Shown here: piece after piece, positions 38,618 through 47,936 of the stretch | Position numbering within the stretch: the stretch's first letter is position 1 | How the letters are laid out: every line of letters starts with the position of its first letter | Assembly: GCA_964621165.1 (NCBI GenBank) | Contig: CAZULC010000011.1 | Span: 438-64,437, forward strand | DNA length: 64,000 bases | Direction of reading: 5' to 3' | Origin: an uncultured Ruminococcus sp. | GTDB taxonomy: Bacteria > Bacillota > Clostridia > Oscillospirales > CAG-272 | The notes under the pieces: model-generated | Told to the model about the DNA's origin: nothing | Database searches by the model: none | What the model saw: the letters and a program-made list of their open reading frames with translations, nothing else | Made by a program: the position numbers and the translations under genes

Positions 38618-39294
38618 TCAATCCGAGTCAGGATGCTGCGGAAGAAGCGCCTCCGTGGTGAATGCTCCGTCCTCGCTGTTTCGGTTGATATACCCGCCCA
38701 GCCGCTTGACCACCGAGTCCATGCGCACAAGCCCGAAGCCGTGATCTTCTCCCTTTGTGATGAGAGATCCCGTTCCTACCTTTTTCTGCTTCTTTCCCGC
38801 CGTAAAATTCGTGACGGACAGGTACATCTGGGACCCCCTCACGTCCATGTAGACTCGTATGATACGCTTGTCCTCGGGCAGGGAAAGGGTGGCTTCGTTT
38901 GCGTTGTCCAGCAGATTGCCGAGAATCACGCACAAATCCAGTTCCGGAGTGGACAGCAGGGTGGGAATAAAGGCTTACGCCGTGATTTTGATGGACTTTG
39001 ACTTTGCTAGGGAGATTTTGCTGTTGAGAATGGCGTCGGTCATGCGGTTGCCGGTTTTGATTACGGTGTCCACGGTGTTTAGGTCCACGTCAAGCATGCA
39101 AGGTATTTCTTCACGGCTTCCATGTCCCCAGCCGCGGCGTAGACCTTGAGAACGCCTATGTGGTTGCGGTAGTCGTGACGCCAGCCCCGCCGAATCTGCC
39201 TGTACATGTTTTCGACCTCGCTGTAGTGTGTGTCGAGAAGCTCCCGCTGGTAGGACGCAATGCGCTTGTCTATGATTTTTGAAAGAATGCTCAT
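38618..39294 (-). pseudogene. soluble GHKL sensor histidine kinase (LytTR-partner type), disrupted
   Basis: The N-terminal fragment carries an H-box-like WRHDYRNH. A frameshift occurs near 39100. An in-frame TAA at 38975-38977 interrupts …KSIKITA*AFIPTLL…. The C-terminal fragment carries the ATPase N-box LGNLLDNANEA and G-box HGFGL. No TM segments. Confidence 0.8.
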
Positions 39295-39303
39295 GACTTT
39301 TAC

Positions 39304-40026
39304 CTATAAAACCCTGATTATAACCTGATTCAGACCGTCGTAGGCTCCACGTGGAAGGAGAATTGACTCACCTGAGGACAAGGAGACCTCGTTCTTCCGC
39401 AGCACCCGTCTGATGAAGCGCAGGTTGATGATGTACGACCGCCCGATCCGGTAGAAATACTCGTCAAGCTCATTGGATATGGCGGAAAGGGTGGACTTTA
39501 TGGTGTAGTCCTCGTCTGCGTGGAGGGTGATGTAGTTGAGACGCACTTCGACATACCGTATACTGTAGAGCGGGAGCCACACAATCTCGTCAGACTGGCG
39601 GAATGTTATACAGCGTTCGTTGATTTTCAGCTTGGCCGCGGTTTTGTCCAGTACCTCAAAAACTTATCGCGGCGGGCTGGTTTGAGGAGGTAGTTCAAAG
39701 CTTCCGCCTCGTAACCTTCGGCTATGTAGTGTTGTACTCGGTGATGAAGATAATCTGACACACACGGTTGCGTCGGCGTATGGCTTATGCAAGCTCCACC
39801 CCGTTTATGCTTCCCATTTCCACGTCAAGAAGGTACATACGCGGCTCGTCGGCGGCTTCGTCGTTTTCCTCCTGAACCAGAATGAATTCCTCAGCGGAAG
39901 CGTAGGTTTTTATGGCGACTGTATTCCCGTTCGCCCCGGCTCATTCCACGGCAAATCCAGAGACGAGCGCACGGTCGGCGGGACTGTCATCAATTATTGT
40001 AATGGCGATATTGTTTTCAATGGCAT
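39304..40026 (-). pseudogene. LytTR-family response regulator, disrupted
   Basis: The LytTR domain is intact in ORF 39304..39582 (YFYRIGRSYIINLRFI). The receiver domain upstream is readable (IAITIIDDSPADR..., MYLLDVEMGSINGVELA) but broken by an in-frame TGA, an in-frame TAA and at least 3 frameshifts. The ATG at 40024-40026 is out of frame. Confidence 0.8.
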
Positions 40027-40167
40027 TGTCCGAAATTTCGTTATATAGTTATATATGTATTTTAACCGTAAAATCTGCCGGTGTCATTCACATTCAAGTA
40101 CGGCTTTAGACAAAAAAAGTACGACTTCCCCATCTTCATGGATAAGCCGCACTTTTGTATTTGTCCT

Positions 40168-40953
40168 TTATATTCCAGAAAAGAAGCCGAACCGGCGGAA
40201 GCGGTTGTATCGGTGGTCCTTAAGCTCGGTGACGGAAAGCCGGGTCAGGTTGTACAGCTCTCGGAACAATAAAGCACCAAGTCTGTCGCACATTTCGTCA
40301 AAGTGGTCGAAGTCCTCGGGAATCACGTCGTCCGCCGCCTGATATTTCCGCATGTCCTCGGCGGTGATATGCAGGGCTTCAGCTGCGTCTGCCACACGGT
40401 TTGCGTCCTTCCAGAGAATACTTGCGCATCCCTCAGGACTGATGACGGAATAGACGGAGTTCTCGAGCATGTACACCCGGTCAGCTGCCGCCAGAGCAAG
40501 TGCGCCTCCGCTTCCGCCTTCCCCTATGACGATTGAGATAACCGGAACGTTCAGCCCCATCATCTCGAGGATGTTTTCCGCTATAGCCTCGCCCTGACCC
40601 CGCTCCTCAGCCTCAGCACCGGCGTATGCTCCCTGAGTGTCCACGAAGCAAACGACAGGACGGTTGAACTTTTCCGCCTGCTTCATGAGCCGTAGAGCCT
40701 TTCTGTAGCCCTCGGGTTTGGGGGAACCGAAGTTTTTCTTCATTCTGTCGTTGAGGTCAGCGCCCCGGTCGATTGCGATATATGTTACCGGCATGTCGTT
40801 GAGAAAGCCGATTCCAGCCACAACTGCCGGGTCGTCGCCATAACGTCTGTCCCCGTGAAGCTCGATTCCGTTTTTGAAAATTTTGGAAACATAATCGGCT
40901 CCCGTAGGGCGGTGGCTTCCTCTTGCCGCTTTAAGTTTTTCGTATGCTGTCAT
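40168..40953 (-). CDS. accA: acetyl-CoA carboxylase carboxyltransferase subunit alpha (short form)
   Basis: 261 aa with the conserved motifs FVDTQGAYAG and GEGGSGGALA. Confidence 0.92.
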   Translation of the reverse strand: MTAYEKLKAARGSHRPTGADYVSKIFKNGIELHGDRRYGDDPAVVAGIGFLNDMPVTYIAIDRGADLNDRMKKNFGSPKPEGYRKALRLMKQAEKFNRPVVCFVDTQGAYAGAEAEERGQGEAIAENILEMMGLNVPVISIVIGEGGSGGALALAAADRVYMLENSVYSVISPEGCASILWKDANRVADAAEALHITAEDMRKYQAADDVIPEDFDHFDEMCDRLGALLFRELYNLTRLSVTELKDHRYNRFRRFGFFSGI

Positions 40954-40969
40954 TTAAACCTTCCTCCTA

Positions 40970-41797
40970 TTATACAGATTTTTTGTGCATTCTCAGAAGG
41001 TTTGCGAGGGTGGACTTGAGCTTGTCCCGGGTCACAATGGCATCGACAAAGCCGTGTTCGAGTAAAAATTCCGCCGTCTGGAAGTTCTGAGGAAGCTCGG
41101 TTTTTGTGGTCTGCTCCACGACGCGCCGTCCCGCGAATCCGATCAGGGCTTTCGGCTCGGCTAAAATAACGTCTCCCTGCATTGCGAAGCTGGCTGTAAC
41201 GCCTCCTGTTGTTGGGTCGGTGACTACGGTGATGTAGGGGATTGAGGCTTCACTGAGTCTGCTGACCGCGCCGCTGACCTTCGCCATCTGCATAAGGGAA
41301 ATGATGCCCTCCTGCATTCTCGCACCGCCCGAGGCTGTGAATCCCACCACCGGCAGCTTTTCCTTCAGCGCTCTCTCAAAGATAAGCGTGATTTTCTCGC
41401 CCACAACCGACCCCATGCTCGCCATGATGAAGCGGGGGTCCATGACGAAGATTGCACAGTCCTCGCCGCCGATTTTGCCAGTTCCGCAGATTACGGCTTC
41501 CTTTTCCCCCGTGGCAGATGTAGCCTTTTGCAGCTTTTCCGCGTATCCCGGGAAGTGCATGAAGTCGCGGCTCTGGTAGTCGGGGTACAGCTCCTTGAAG
41601 GAACCGGCGTCGCATACCATATCAATTCTCGCTCTCGCGCTGATTCTGATGTACTTCCCGCACTTGGGGCAGACGTAATACGACCGCTTGGCCTCGTCCT
41701 CGGGAATTTCGTTGCCGCAGGAGCATTTTATGACAACGGACGGCTTTGTGGTGATGACCGACTTTATAGCGTCTTTTATGCTGTTTACTATATCCAT
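40970..41797 (-). CDS. accD: acetyl-CoA carboxylase carboxyltransferase subunit beta
   Basis: 275 aa with an N-terminal Zn ribbon (CSCGN...CPKCGKY) and the carboxyltransferase core GGARMQEG. Confidence 0.93.
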   Translation of the reverse strand: MDIVNSIKDAIKSVITTKPSVVIKCSCGNEIPEDEAKRSYYVCPKCGKYIRISARARIDMVCDAGSFKELYPDYQSRDFMHFPGYAEKLQKATSATGEKEAVICGTGKIGGEDCAIFVMDPRFIMASMGSVVGEKITLIFERALKEKLPVVGFTASGGARMQEGIISLMQMAKVSGAVSRLSEASIPYITVVTDPTTGGVTASFAMQGDVILAEPKALIGFAGRRVVEQTTKTELPQNFQTAEFLLEHGFVDAIVTRDKLKSTLANLLRMHKKSV

Positions 41798-41838
41798 AAG
41801 TAGCCTACTTTGTATTTTAATTACTGTTTTACTGTCTC

Positions 41839-42282
41839 TTATTCCGGCTTGCTCTCGAGGGCTGACGCGGGGGTCAGGGCGAAGGAGAACTCAGCCTCCA
41901 GCGCGAGATTTCCGTTTACCTTTCCCACGCCTTTAGCAAAGCAGAACGCGCCCATTCTGCGGGTCAGGACAACCTCGGTCTCGAGAGTGTCGCCGGGACG
42001 GACGGGATGCTTCCACTTCACGTTCTTCATTCCGGAGAAAAGCGGGAGCATGTCGCTGCATTCAATCAGTACGCAGGCCGACTGAGCCATGATTTCGCAC
42101 AGTATTACGCCGGGAACCACGGGATTGCCCGGAAAATGCCCCTGCAAAAACCATTCGTCCCCGCGGATGTACGTCTTGCCCACAGCAACACGATTTTCGT
42201 CGGTTTCCTTTTCCTCAACCTCGCCGATGAGCAGCATTGCGTCTCTGTGAGGGAGCCTTGATTTCAATTCTTCGTGAGTCAT
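41839..42282 (-). CDS. fabZ: 3-hydroxyacyl-ACP dehydratase
   Basis: 147 aa with the hotdog-fold motif LPHRDAMLLI...HFPGNPVVPGVL. Confidence 0.93.
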   Translation of the reverse strand: MTHEELKSRLPHRDAMLLIGEVEEKETDENRVAVGKTYIRGDEWFLQGHFPGNPVVPGVILCEIMAQSACVLIECSDMLPLFSGMKNVKWKHPVRPGDTLETEVVLTRRMGAFCFAKGVGKVNGNLALEAEFSFALTPASALESKPE

Positions 42283-42325
42283 AATTTATCCTGTTTATTT
42301 TATAATTATTTTTTCCACTTAAAAG

Positions 42326-42362
42326 TAATGCGAAGCCGCCTTATTCAGCTGCCCCGCAGTGT
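42326..42362 (-). repeat. possible partial family-2 repeat in the fabF|fabZ spacer
   Basis: The reverse complement CACTGCGGGGCAGCTGAATAAGGCGGCTTCGCATTAC resembles the first ~37 nt of the unit at 3289 (CACTGCGGGAGCTAAAGAGGCGTCGTCTGTGATTGC). The match is short and imperfect. Confidence 0.35.
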
Positions 42363-42380
42363 ACTTTTATAATTTCGTAA

Positions 42381-43610
42381 TTATTCGGACTTTGCGAAGG
42401 CCAGACAAACGTTGTGTCCGCCGAATCCGAGAGAGCCTGAGAGGGCGAGAGAAATGTCAGCCTTTACGGGGGTGTTCGGGGTGTAGTTCAAGTCGCATAC
42501 CTCGTCCTTTTCCGTGAGGTTGATGGTCGGGGGAATCATGCCCTCGTTTAGCGCGTAGATTGACGAAATTGCCTCAACCGCGCCGGCCGCACCAAGCATA
42601 TGCCCCGTCATGGACTTGGTGGAACTTACGTGGAGCCTGTATGCGTCCTCGCCGAAAGCCAACTTGAGAGCCGCGGTTTCCGTCGAGTCGTTGAGCTGGG
42701 TTCCCGTGCCGTGAGCGTTGTAGTAAATCTTCTCGGCCGGAAGCTCTACATTCTTTGGAACTGCCATGCGGATGGCTCTTGCAACCTGCTCGCCTGATGG
42801 GTCGGGAGCCGTGATATGGTGAGCGTCGCTTGTGGAGCCGTAGCCAACTATTTCGGCTATGATGTTCGCACCGCGGTTCACGGCGTGTTCATATTCCTCA
42901 AGTACAAGGATTGCCGCGCCTTCACCCATGATGAATCCGGCACGTCTCTTGTCAAATGGCAGGGAAGCGGCGTCGGGGTCAGTGGATGCCGACAGGGCAG
43001 TGCAGTTTCCGAATCCGGCTACGGCAAGGGGCATGATGCAGGCTTCGCTTCCTCCGGCGATTATGGCGTCTGCAAATCCTCCGGCTATGGTCCTGTATGC
43101 TTCGCCGATTGAGGTTCCGGACGTTGCGCAGGCTGTAACGTGAGCCATGCTGGGACCTTTTGCACCGAAGCGGATCGCTATGTTGCCCGCGCCTATGTTG
43201 CTTATCATCTTGGGGATGAACATTGGCGGAACCTTGCGGGGTCCTCCGGCGATGAGAGCGGCATGGTCGTGACAGAAGGTGTCGAAGCCTCCGATTCCCG
43301 AGCCAACGTAAACGCCGAGAGCCTCCGGGTCAACCTTGCCGATGATTCCGCTCATCTCAACGGCTTCGTCAGCGGCATAGAGCGCGTACTGGACGTATGG
43401 GTCAGTCTTGCGGACCGTCGTTTTGTCAAGCCGCGCTAGGGGGTCGAATCCCTTCAGCTCAGCCGCCAGAGTCCACTTGTAGTCGGTGGTGTCAAACTTT
43501 GTAATCCCGCCGATACCGTTCTTTCCGCTGAATATTGCGTCGTGGTATTCATTGATATTGTTTCCTATAGGAGTAACACATCCCATTCCGGTTACAACAA
43601 CACGTTTCAT
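42381..43610 (-). CDS. fabF: 3-oxoacyl-ACP synthase II
   Basis: 409 aa with the active-site context ACATS, HGTGT and GHNV. Confidence 0.95.
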   Translation of the reverse strand: MKRVVVTGMGCVTPIGNNINEYHDAIFSGKNGIGGITKFDTTDYKWTLAAELKGFDPLARLDKTTVRKTDPYVQYALYAADEAVEMSGIIGKVDPEALGVYVGSGIGGFDTFCHDHAALIAGGPRKVPPMFIPKMISNIGAGNIAIRFGAKGPSMAHVTACATSGTSIGEAYRTIAGGFADAIIAGGSEACIMPLAVAGFGNCTALSASTDPDAASLPFDKRRAGFIMGEGAAILVLEEYEHAVNRGANIIAEIVGYGSTSDAHHITAPDPSGEQVARAIRMAVPKNVELPAEKIYYNAHGTGTQLNDSTETAALKLAFGEDAYRLHVSSTKSMTGHMLGAAGAVEAISSIYALNEGMIPPTINLTEKDEVCDLNYTPNTPVKADISLALSGSLGFGGHNVCLAFAKSE

Positions 43611-43836
43611 TTATATGGTGTCCTTTACTTTTTCTGAGTTAAACTATTGCCAAAGCCAGCGGAAGAACTCCACTGTATAATTAAATCTGCACGAGTTCTC
43701 GCTCCACGTCTTAAGCAAAATGTTGGAAGAATTCCGGTAGGCTGAAAGCCGATGAAAAATGGTGGGTCCCGTTTTTCAAGGAATTCTCTGGCACGAAATC
43801 AGCTGAATAAAATGAAGTATTTCTAACCATTTCGTG
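43611..43836 (-). repeat. family-1 structured intergenic repeat, copy C (fabG|fabF spacer), long form
   Basis: Read on the minus strand, it starts at the fabG TAG. Stem (G)CACGAAAT/ATTTCGTG(C). Core 43726-43788 has stem GAAGAATTCC/GGAATTCT, hairpin GGCT-GAA-AGCC, and hairpin TGAAAAATGG-tgggtc-CCGTTTTTCA. CTCGCTCCAC lies at 43698-43707, with the extra hairpin AGAACTC/GAGTTCT. Confidence 0.85.
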
Positions 43837-44577
43837 CTACATCGCCATGCCGCCGTCGATTCTGATTACTTCTCCGGTGATGTACCCCGCCATATCCGAA
43901 GCCAAGAACGTCACGAGAGCCGCTACTTCTTCGGGCTTGCCCATGCGTCTCAGGGGGATTGCGTCGGTGACTTCCTTGCGGTCGGCAAATTCCTTCGTCA
44001 TGTCAGTGGCAATGAATCCGGGGGCTATGGCGTTGCAGGTGATTCCACGGCTTCCAAGCTCCTTCGCAAGGGATTTTGTCAGTCCGATGATTCCGGCTTT
44101 GGACGCGGCGTAGTTCGTCTGTCCGGCGTTGCCCATGATTCCGGCAATGGAGCTGATGTTTATGATTCTGCCGCTCTTCTGCTTTAAAAATGTCTGGCAG
44201 AGCTGGCGTGTCACGTTGTATACTCCCACGAGGTTTACGTTGATGACGTCGGTGAAGTCGTTGTCACGCATCGTCAGCATAAGTTTGTCACGGGTGATTC
44301 CGGCGTTGTTCACGAGAATGTCAACCCGTCCGAACTCGGCGAGAACCTTCTTCACGCAGTCCGTTACCTCGTCCATTTTGTCAACATGGCAGGGATACGC
44401 GGCGGCTTTTACACCGTATTCTTCGGCTTCACGGACAGCGGACTCCAAATCCTCGGGCTTTCCCGCACAGAGAATTGCCACGTTCGCGCCCTCTGACGCA
44501 AATTTCAGGGCTATAGCCTTGCCGATTCCTCTTGAGCCGCCTGTAACAACGGCTACTTTATCTTTTAATGTGTTCAT
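43837..44577 (-). CDS. fabG: 3-oxoacyl-ACP reductase
   Basis: 246 aa with TGGSRGIG, YAASK and an SDR fold, in the expected cluster position. Confidence 0.94.
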   Translation of the reverse strand: MNTLKDKVAVVTGGSRGIGKAIALKFASEGANVAILCAGKPEDLESAVREAEEYGVKAAAYPCHVDKMDEVTDCVKKVLAEFGRVDILVNNAGITRDKLMLTMRDNDFTDVINVNLVGVYNVTRQLCQTFLKQKSGRIINISSIAGIMGNAGQTNYAASKAGIIGLTKSLAKELGSRGITCNAIAPGFIATDMTKEFADRKEVTDAIPLRRMGKPEEVAALVTFLASDMAGYITGEVIRIDGGMAM

Positions 44578-45503
44578 TGTTGATTGTCTTCCTTTGCTAA
44601 TGAAGAGGCTGATATTATTTCCTCCGGGGACTCCGCATGGGCTGTCTTTACGTCAAGTCCAGCGAGGGTCTTTTGGACAAACTTGGATAAAGTCTGACCC
44701 GGTCCTACCTCGATGAATAACCTCACTCCGGCTTCGTACATGGCGCGGACGGTCTTCTCCCAGAGAACGGGATGGTTTATCTGCTCGCACATGGTTTTTG
44801 CTACTCCTTCATAAGGAGCGGCGGTTTTGTTTGCGTATACCGGTATCTTCGGCTCCTTTATGTTGTAGCAGGAGAGATAGTCCCCGAACTGCTCGGAGGC
44901 TTTGTTCATGTATGGCGAATGGAAAGCACCGCTTACCGCCAAGGGAATCACACGTCCCCCCGCGGCTGTGAACTCGGCTTTGGACTGAGCTATGGCGTCG
45001 GCGGTTCCCGATACCGTAATCTGACCGGGACAGTTGTAGTTCACCGGGTACAGGTTGGGCTGAGCCGCGCAGATCTTCTCAACTTCCTCGGGGGACAGCT
45101 TGAGAACTGCCGCCATCGCCGTATCAATTCCGGCGGAAGACTTGCCCATAAGCTCCCCTCTCTTGCAGACTATGCGGAAGCCTTCTTCGTAATCGAAAGC
45201 TCCGGCGAGGGCAAGGGCGGGAATCTCACCGAGAGAAAATCCGGCTGTGCATGCGGGGACAACTCCCATTTTTTCAAGCATCAGAGCCGCTGACAGCTCG
45301 GCAAGATAAAGCGCGGGCTGGGTGTTTTCCGTGAGCTTCAATTCGTCCGCTGTTCCTTGGAATGACAGAGCGGTGATTCCCGGCTTGTACTTCTCGGCGG
45401 AAGCGTAGAGGTCGCGGACTTCCTTGTATTCGTCGTAGAGCTTTTTGCCCATGCCGGAGTACTGCGCGCCCTGACCGGGGAAAATTATTGCTGTTTTAAC
45501 CAT
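44574..45503 (-). CDS. fabD: malonyl-CoA:ACP transacylase
   Basis: The start at MVKTAIIFPGQGAQY has a GGAGG RBS. The GFSLGE active-site Ser motif is present. The ORF extends 10 codons further upstream. Confidence 0.93.
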   Translation of the reverse strand: MVKTAIIFPGQGAQYSGMGKKLYDEYKEVRDLYASAEKYKPGITALSFQGTADELKLTENTQPALYLAELSAALMLEKMGVVPACTAGFSLGEIPALALAGAFDYEEGFRIVCKRGELMGKSSAGIDTAMAAVLKLSPEEVEKICAAQPNLYPVNYNCPGQITVSGTADAIAQSKAEFTAAGGRVIPLAVSGAFHSPYMNKASEQFGDYLSCYNIKEPKIPVYANKTAAPYEGVAKTMCEQINHPVLWEKTVRAMYEAGVRLFIEVGPGQTLSKFVQKTLAGLDVKTAHAESPEEIISASSLAKEDNQQ

Positions 45504-46441
45504 TTTGCTCCTCCAATCAAAAGCGATTCGCACTCCTCGGCGGTCTTCTTCACAATGTCAGCGGCAGGCTCAATTTTGTCAAGCATACCGGAAATCTGTC
45601 CGGCCAAGAAGCAGCCTTCGTCACGGTTACCGTCAACCGCGGCTTTTCTCAGCGATCCTACGCCGAGGTTTGCGACGGACTCCGCTGTGGCTTCGGGGGA
45701 ATACTCGTAGGCCGAGAAATTCCGGCTGAATTTGTTCTTGAGCTGACGGCATGTGTTTCCGCCGAACCGTCTGCCGGTGGTGATTGTGGCGGTGTCGTTC
45801 GCCTTGATGATCATCTGCTTGTAGTTTTCGTGTGCCTTGCACTCCTCGGCGAGAAGGAAGCGGGTTCCCATCTGGATTCCCTCGGCTCCAAGCATGAAAG
45901 CTGCCGCCATACCACGTCCGTCTCCGATTCCTCCTGCTGCGATAACGGGGATTTTCACGGCGTCCACGACCTGCGGAACAAAGGGAAGAGTGCACAGCTC
46001 GCCAATGTGGCCGCCGGACTCAGCTCCCTCGGCTATGATTGCCGCCGCACCGTTTGACTCGGCTCTTTTCGCGAACGCAACCGACGCAACAACAGGGATT
46101 ACTACGATTTCCGCGTCGAGCCATTCCTTCATGTATTTTGCCGGATTGCCCGCACCCGTGGTGATGACCTTCACGCCCTCTTCGGCTGCAATGCGAGCGG
46201 CTTCGTCGGCGTGGGGGCTTTGGAGCATTATGTTGAGTCCGAAAGGCTTGTCAGTCAGGGACTTCGCGAGGCGTATCTGTGAGCGGATGTAGTCGCCGTC
46301 GGCGTTCATTGCGGAGATGATTCCAAGTCCGCCGCCGTTTGATACAGCCGCCGCAAGAGTTCCCTCGGCAATCCACGCCATGCCCCCCTGAAAAATCGGG
46401 TACTCGATTCCAAGCAGGTCACAGATTCGGGACTTAAGCAT
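45485..46441 (-). CDS. fabK: enoyl-ACP reductase II (FMN-dependent, FabK type)
   Basis: 318 aa. NPD-fold motifs IFQGGMAWIA and AAGGIGDGRG are present. The position between acpP and fabD matches streptococcal/clostridial clusters. Confidence 0.9.
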   Translation of the reverse strand: MLKSRICDLLGIEYPIFQGGMAWIAEGTLAAAVSNGGGLGIISAMNADGDYIRSQIRLAKSLTDKPFGLNIMLQSPHADEAARIAAEEGVKVITTGAGNPAKYMKEWLDAEIVVIPVVASVAFAKRAESNGAAAIIAEGAESGGHIGELCTLPFVPQVVDAVKIPVIAAGGIGDGRGMAAAFMLGAEGIQMGTRFLLAEECKAHENYKQMIIKANDTATITTGRRFGGNTCRQLKNKFSRNFSAYEYSPEATAESVANLGVGSLRKAAVDGNRDEGCFLAGQISGMLDKIEPAADIVKKTAEECESLLIGGAKWLKQQ

Positions 46442-46667
46442 TTTTCTCTCCGGTCAGCTCTTCAATCTTGTCGGTGAGGATTCCGATTGTGGAGATGTCG
46501 GCAGACATTTCGAGGGTGATTCCGAATTCGTCCTCGAGGTTCATTGCAAGCTCGGCGAGATCGAGGGAGTCAATGCCGAGATCTGAAAATTTTGTCTCTT
46601 TTGTGATGTCCTCTACGGGGCTGTCAATCTTTTCTGCTACAAGTTCAGCAATTTTTTCGAATATCAT
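46434..46667 (-). CDS. acpP: acyl carrier protein
   Basis: 77 aa with the DLGIDSLD phosphopantetheine attachment motif. Confidence 0.95.
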   Translation of the reverse strand: MIFEKIAELVAEKIDSPVEDITKETKFSDLGIDSLDLAELAMNLEDEFGITLEMSADISTIGILTDKIEELTGEKNA

Positions 46668-46745
46668 TTTTGTGTCTCACTTTCTTTTTTTTGTTTTTTA
46701 TGTTATAATATAAGGGTGAACGGATTTGATATAGTTTTGTGCTTT

Positions 46746-47699
46746 TTACCACTTAAGAAGACAAGCCGCGCTCGCAAGTCCTCCGCCGAAGGCTGTGAGA
46801 AGAATCAGGTCTCCCCGCTCAAGCTTTCCACCGCGGTTCAGCTCGTCGAGGGCTATCGGAATGCTTGCGCTGGAGGTGTTGCCGTATTCCGCTATGTTCA
46901 TGTAGAACTTGTCCTCAGGAATACCGCTGCGGCGTGAGGCGGCTTCGATGATTCTCTTATTTGCCTGATGAGGAACGATGACTTTTACGTCGTCGATTGT
47001 GACGCCAGCCGATTCCATTACCTCGTGGAGGTCGTGGCTCATTGAGGCGACGGCGTACTTGAAGGTGTCCTGACCCATCATGTGGATGTAGGGGTTCTCA
47101 GGCTCAATCTGAGAGAACGGGGACTTGCCAGCGTAATTTGGAATTTTGATGACCTCGTCCCCGCCCTGAACATGAAACACTGAATCGAGATATCCCTCTC
47201 CTTCCGAAAGCACAGCCGCGCCGGCCCCGTCTCCGAAAATCACGCAGGTGGAGCGGTCCGACCAGTCCACAATCCGGCTCAGTCTTTCCGCACCCACGAT
47301 GAGTGCGTTTTTGACCTTGCCCCGTGCAAAATATCCGGCCACAGTCTCAAGCAGGAAGATGAACGCCGAGCAGGCCGCGTTGATGTCGTAAGTCATGCAG
47401 GTGACGCCCAGCATCCTCTGGATCATGCAGGAGGTTGAGGGGGACACGCAGTCGCCGCTGACGGTTGACACAAGAATCAAATCCAAGTCGTTTTTGTCGA
47501 CTCCGCTGTTCTCAAGCGCCGCCAGAGCCGCACGGTAGCCAAGCTCAGCCGTGGTTTCCGTTGTGGAAATATGCCGTCTTCTGACCCCGACTCTGGTTGA
47601 AATCCACTCGTCGTTGGTTTCGACTATTTTTGAAAGGTCGTCGTTTGTCACAACGTTTTCCGGCACGCACATACCCGTACCGACAATTCTGAAGCTCAT
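46746..47699 (-). CDS. fabH: 3-oxoacyl-ACP synthase III
   Basis: 317 aa with NAACSAF (active-site Cys), HQAN, and GNTSSASIP motifs. Confidence 0.95.
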   Translation of the reverse strand: MSFRIVGTGMCVPENVVTNDDLSKIVETNDEWISTRVGVRRRHISTTETTAELGYRAALAALENSGVDKNDLDLILVSTVSGDCVSPSTSCMIQRMLGVTCMTYDINAACSAFIFLLETVAGYFARGKVKNALIVGAERLSRIVDWSDRSTCVIFGDGAGAAVLSEGEGYLDSVFHVQGGDEVIKIPNYAGKSPFSQIEPENPYIHMMGQDTFKYAVASMSHDLHEVMESAGVTIDDVKVIVPHQANKRIIEAASRRSGIPEDKFYMNIAEYGNTSSASIPIALDELNRGGKLERGDLILLTAFGGGLASAACLLKW

Positions 47700-47722
47700 A
47701 ATGCATCCTTTCGATTTTTCCG

Positions 47723-47752
47723 ATTATATCGTCGTTTTCTTTGTTTTGTCAA
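47723..47752 (-). promoter_or_regulatory. sigma70 promoter TTGACA-18-TATAAT of the fab cluster
   Basis: On the minus strand the site reads TTGACAaaacaaagaaaacgacgaTATAAT, about 25 nt upstream of the fabH ATG region. Confidence 0.6.
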
Positions 47753-47936
47753 GTTAGTGTATGCTGCGGGGCTAAAGTTACAGAAAAAACAAAAATTTTT
47801 TGAGAATATTTTCCGCGGATAAAAAAGCGAATGATTTTTATCTCCCGGTCAGGGCAGGTGTAAACAAAAGATTAAAAATCAAAAAAACATGTAACCTTTT
47901 TGTCAAAGGAAACACTAAATTATAGCAGGTGGTGAT

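Noticed and set aside
43726-43788. The three-way-junction core of the family-1 element as a hammerhead or other small self-cleaving ribozyme.
   Set aside because: The junction lacks the hammerhead CUGAUGA...GAAA core. I see no twister, pistol or hatchet consensus blocks either. The GAUGAAAAA segment is simply one strand of stem P3.
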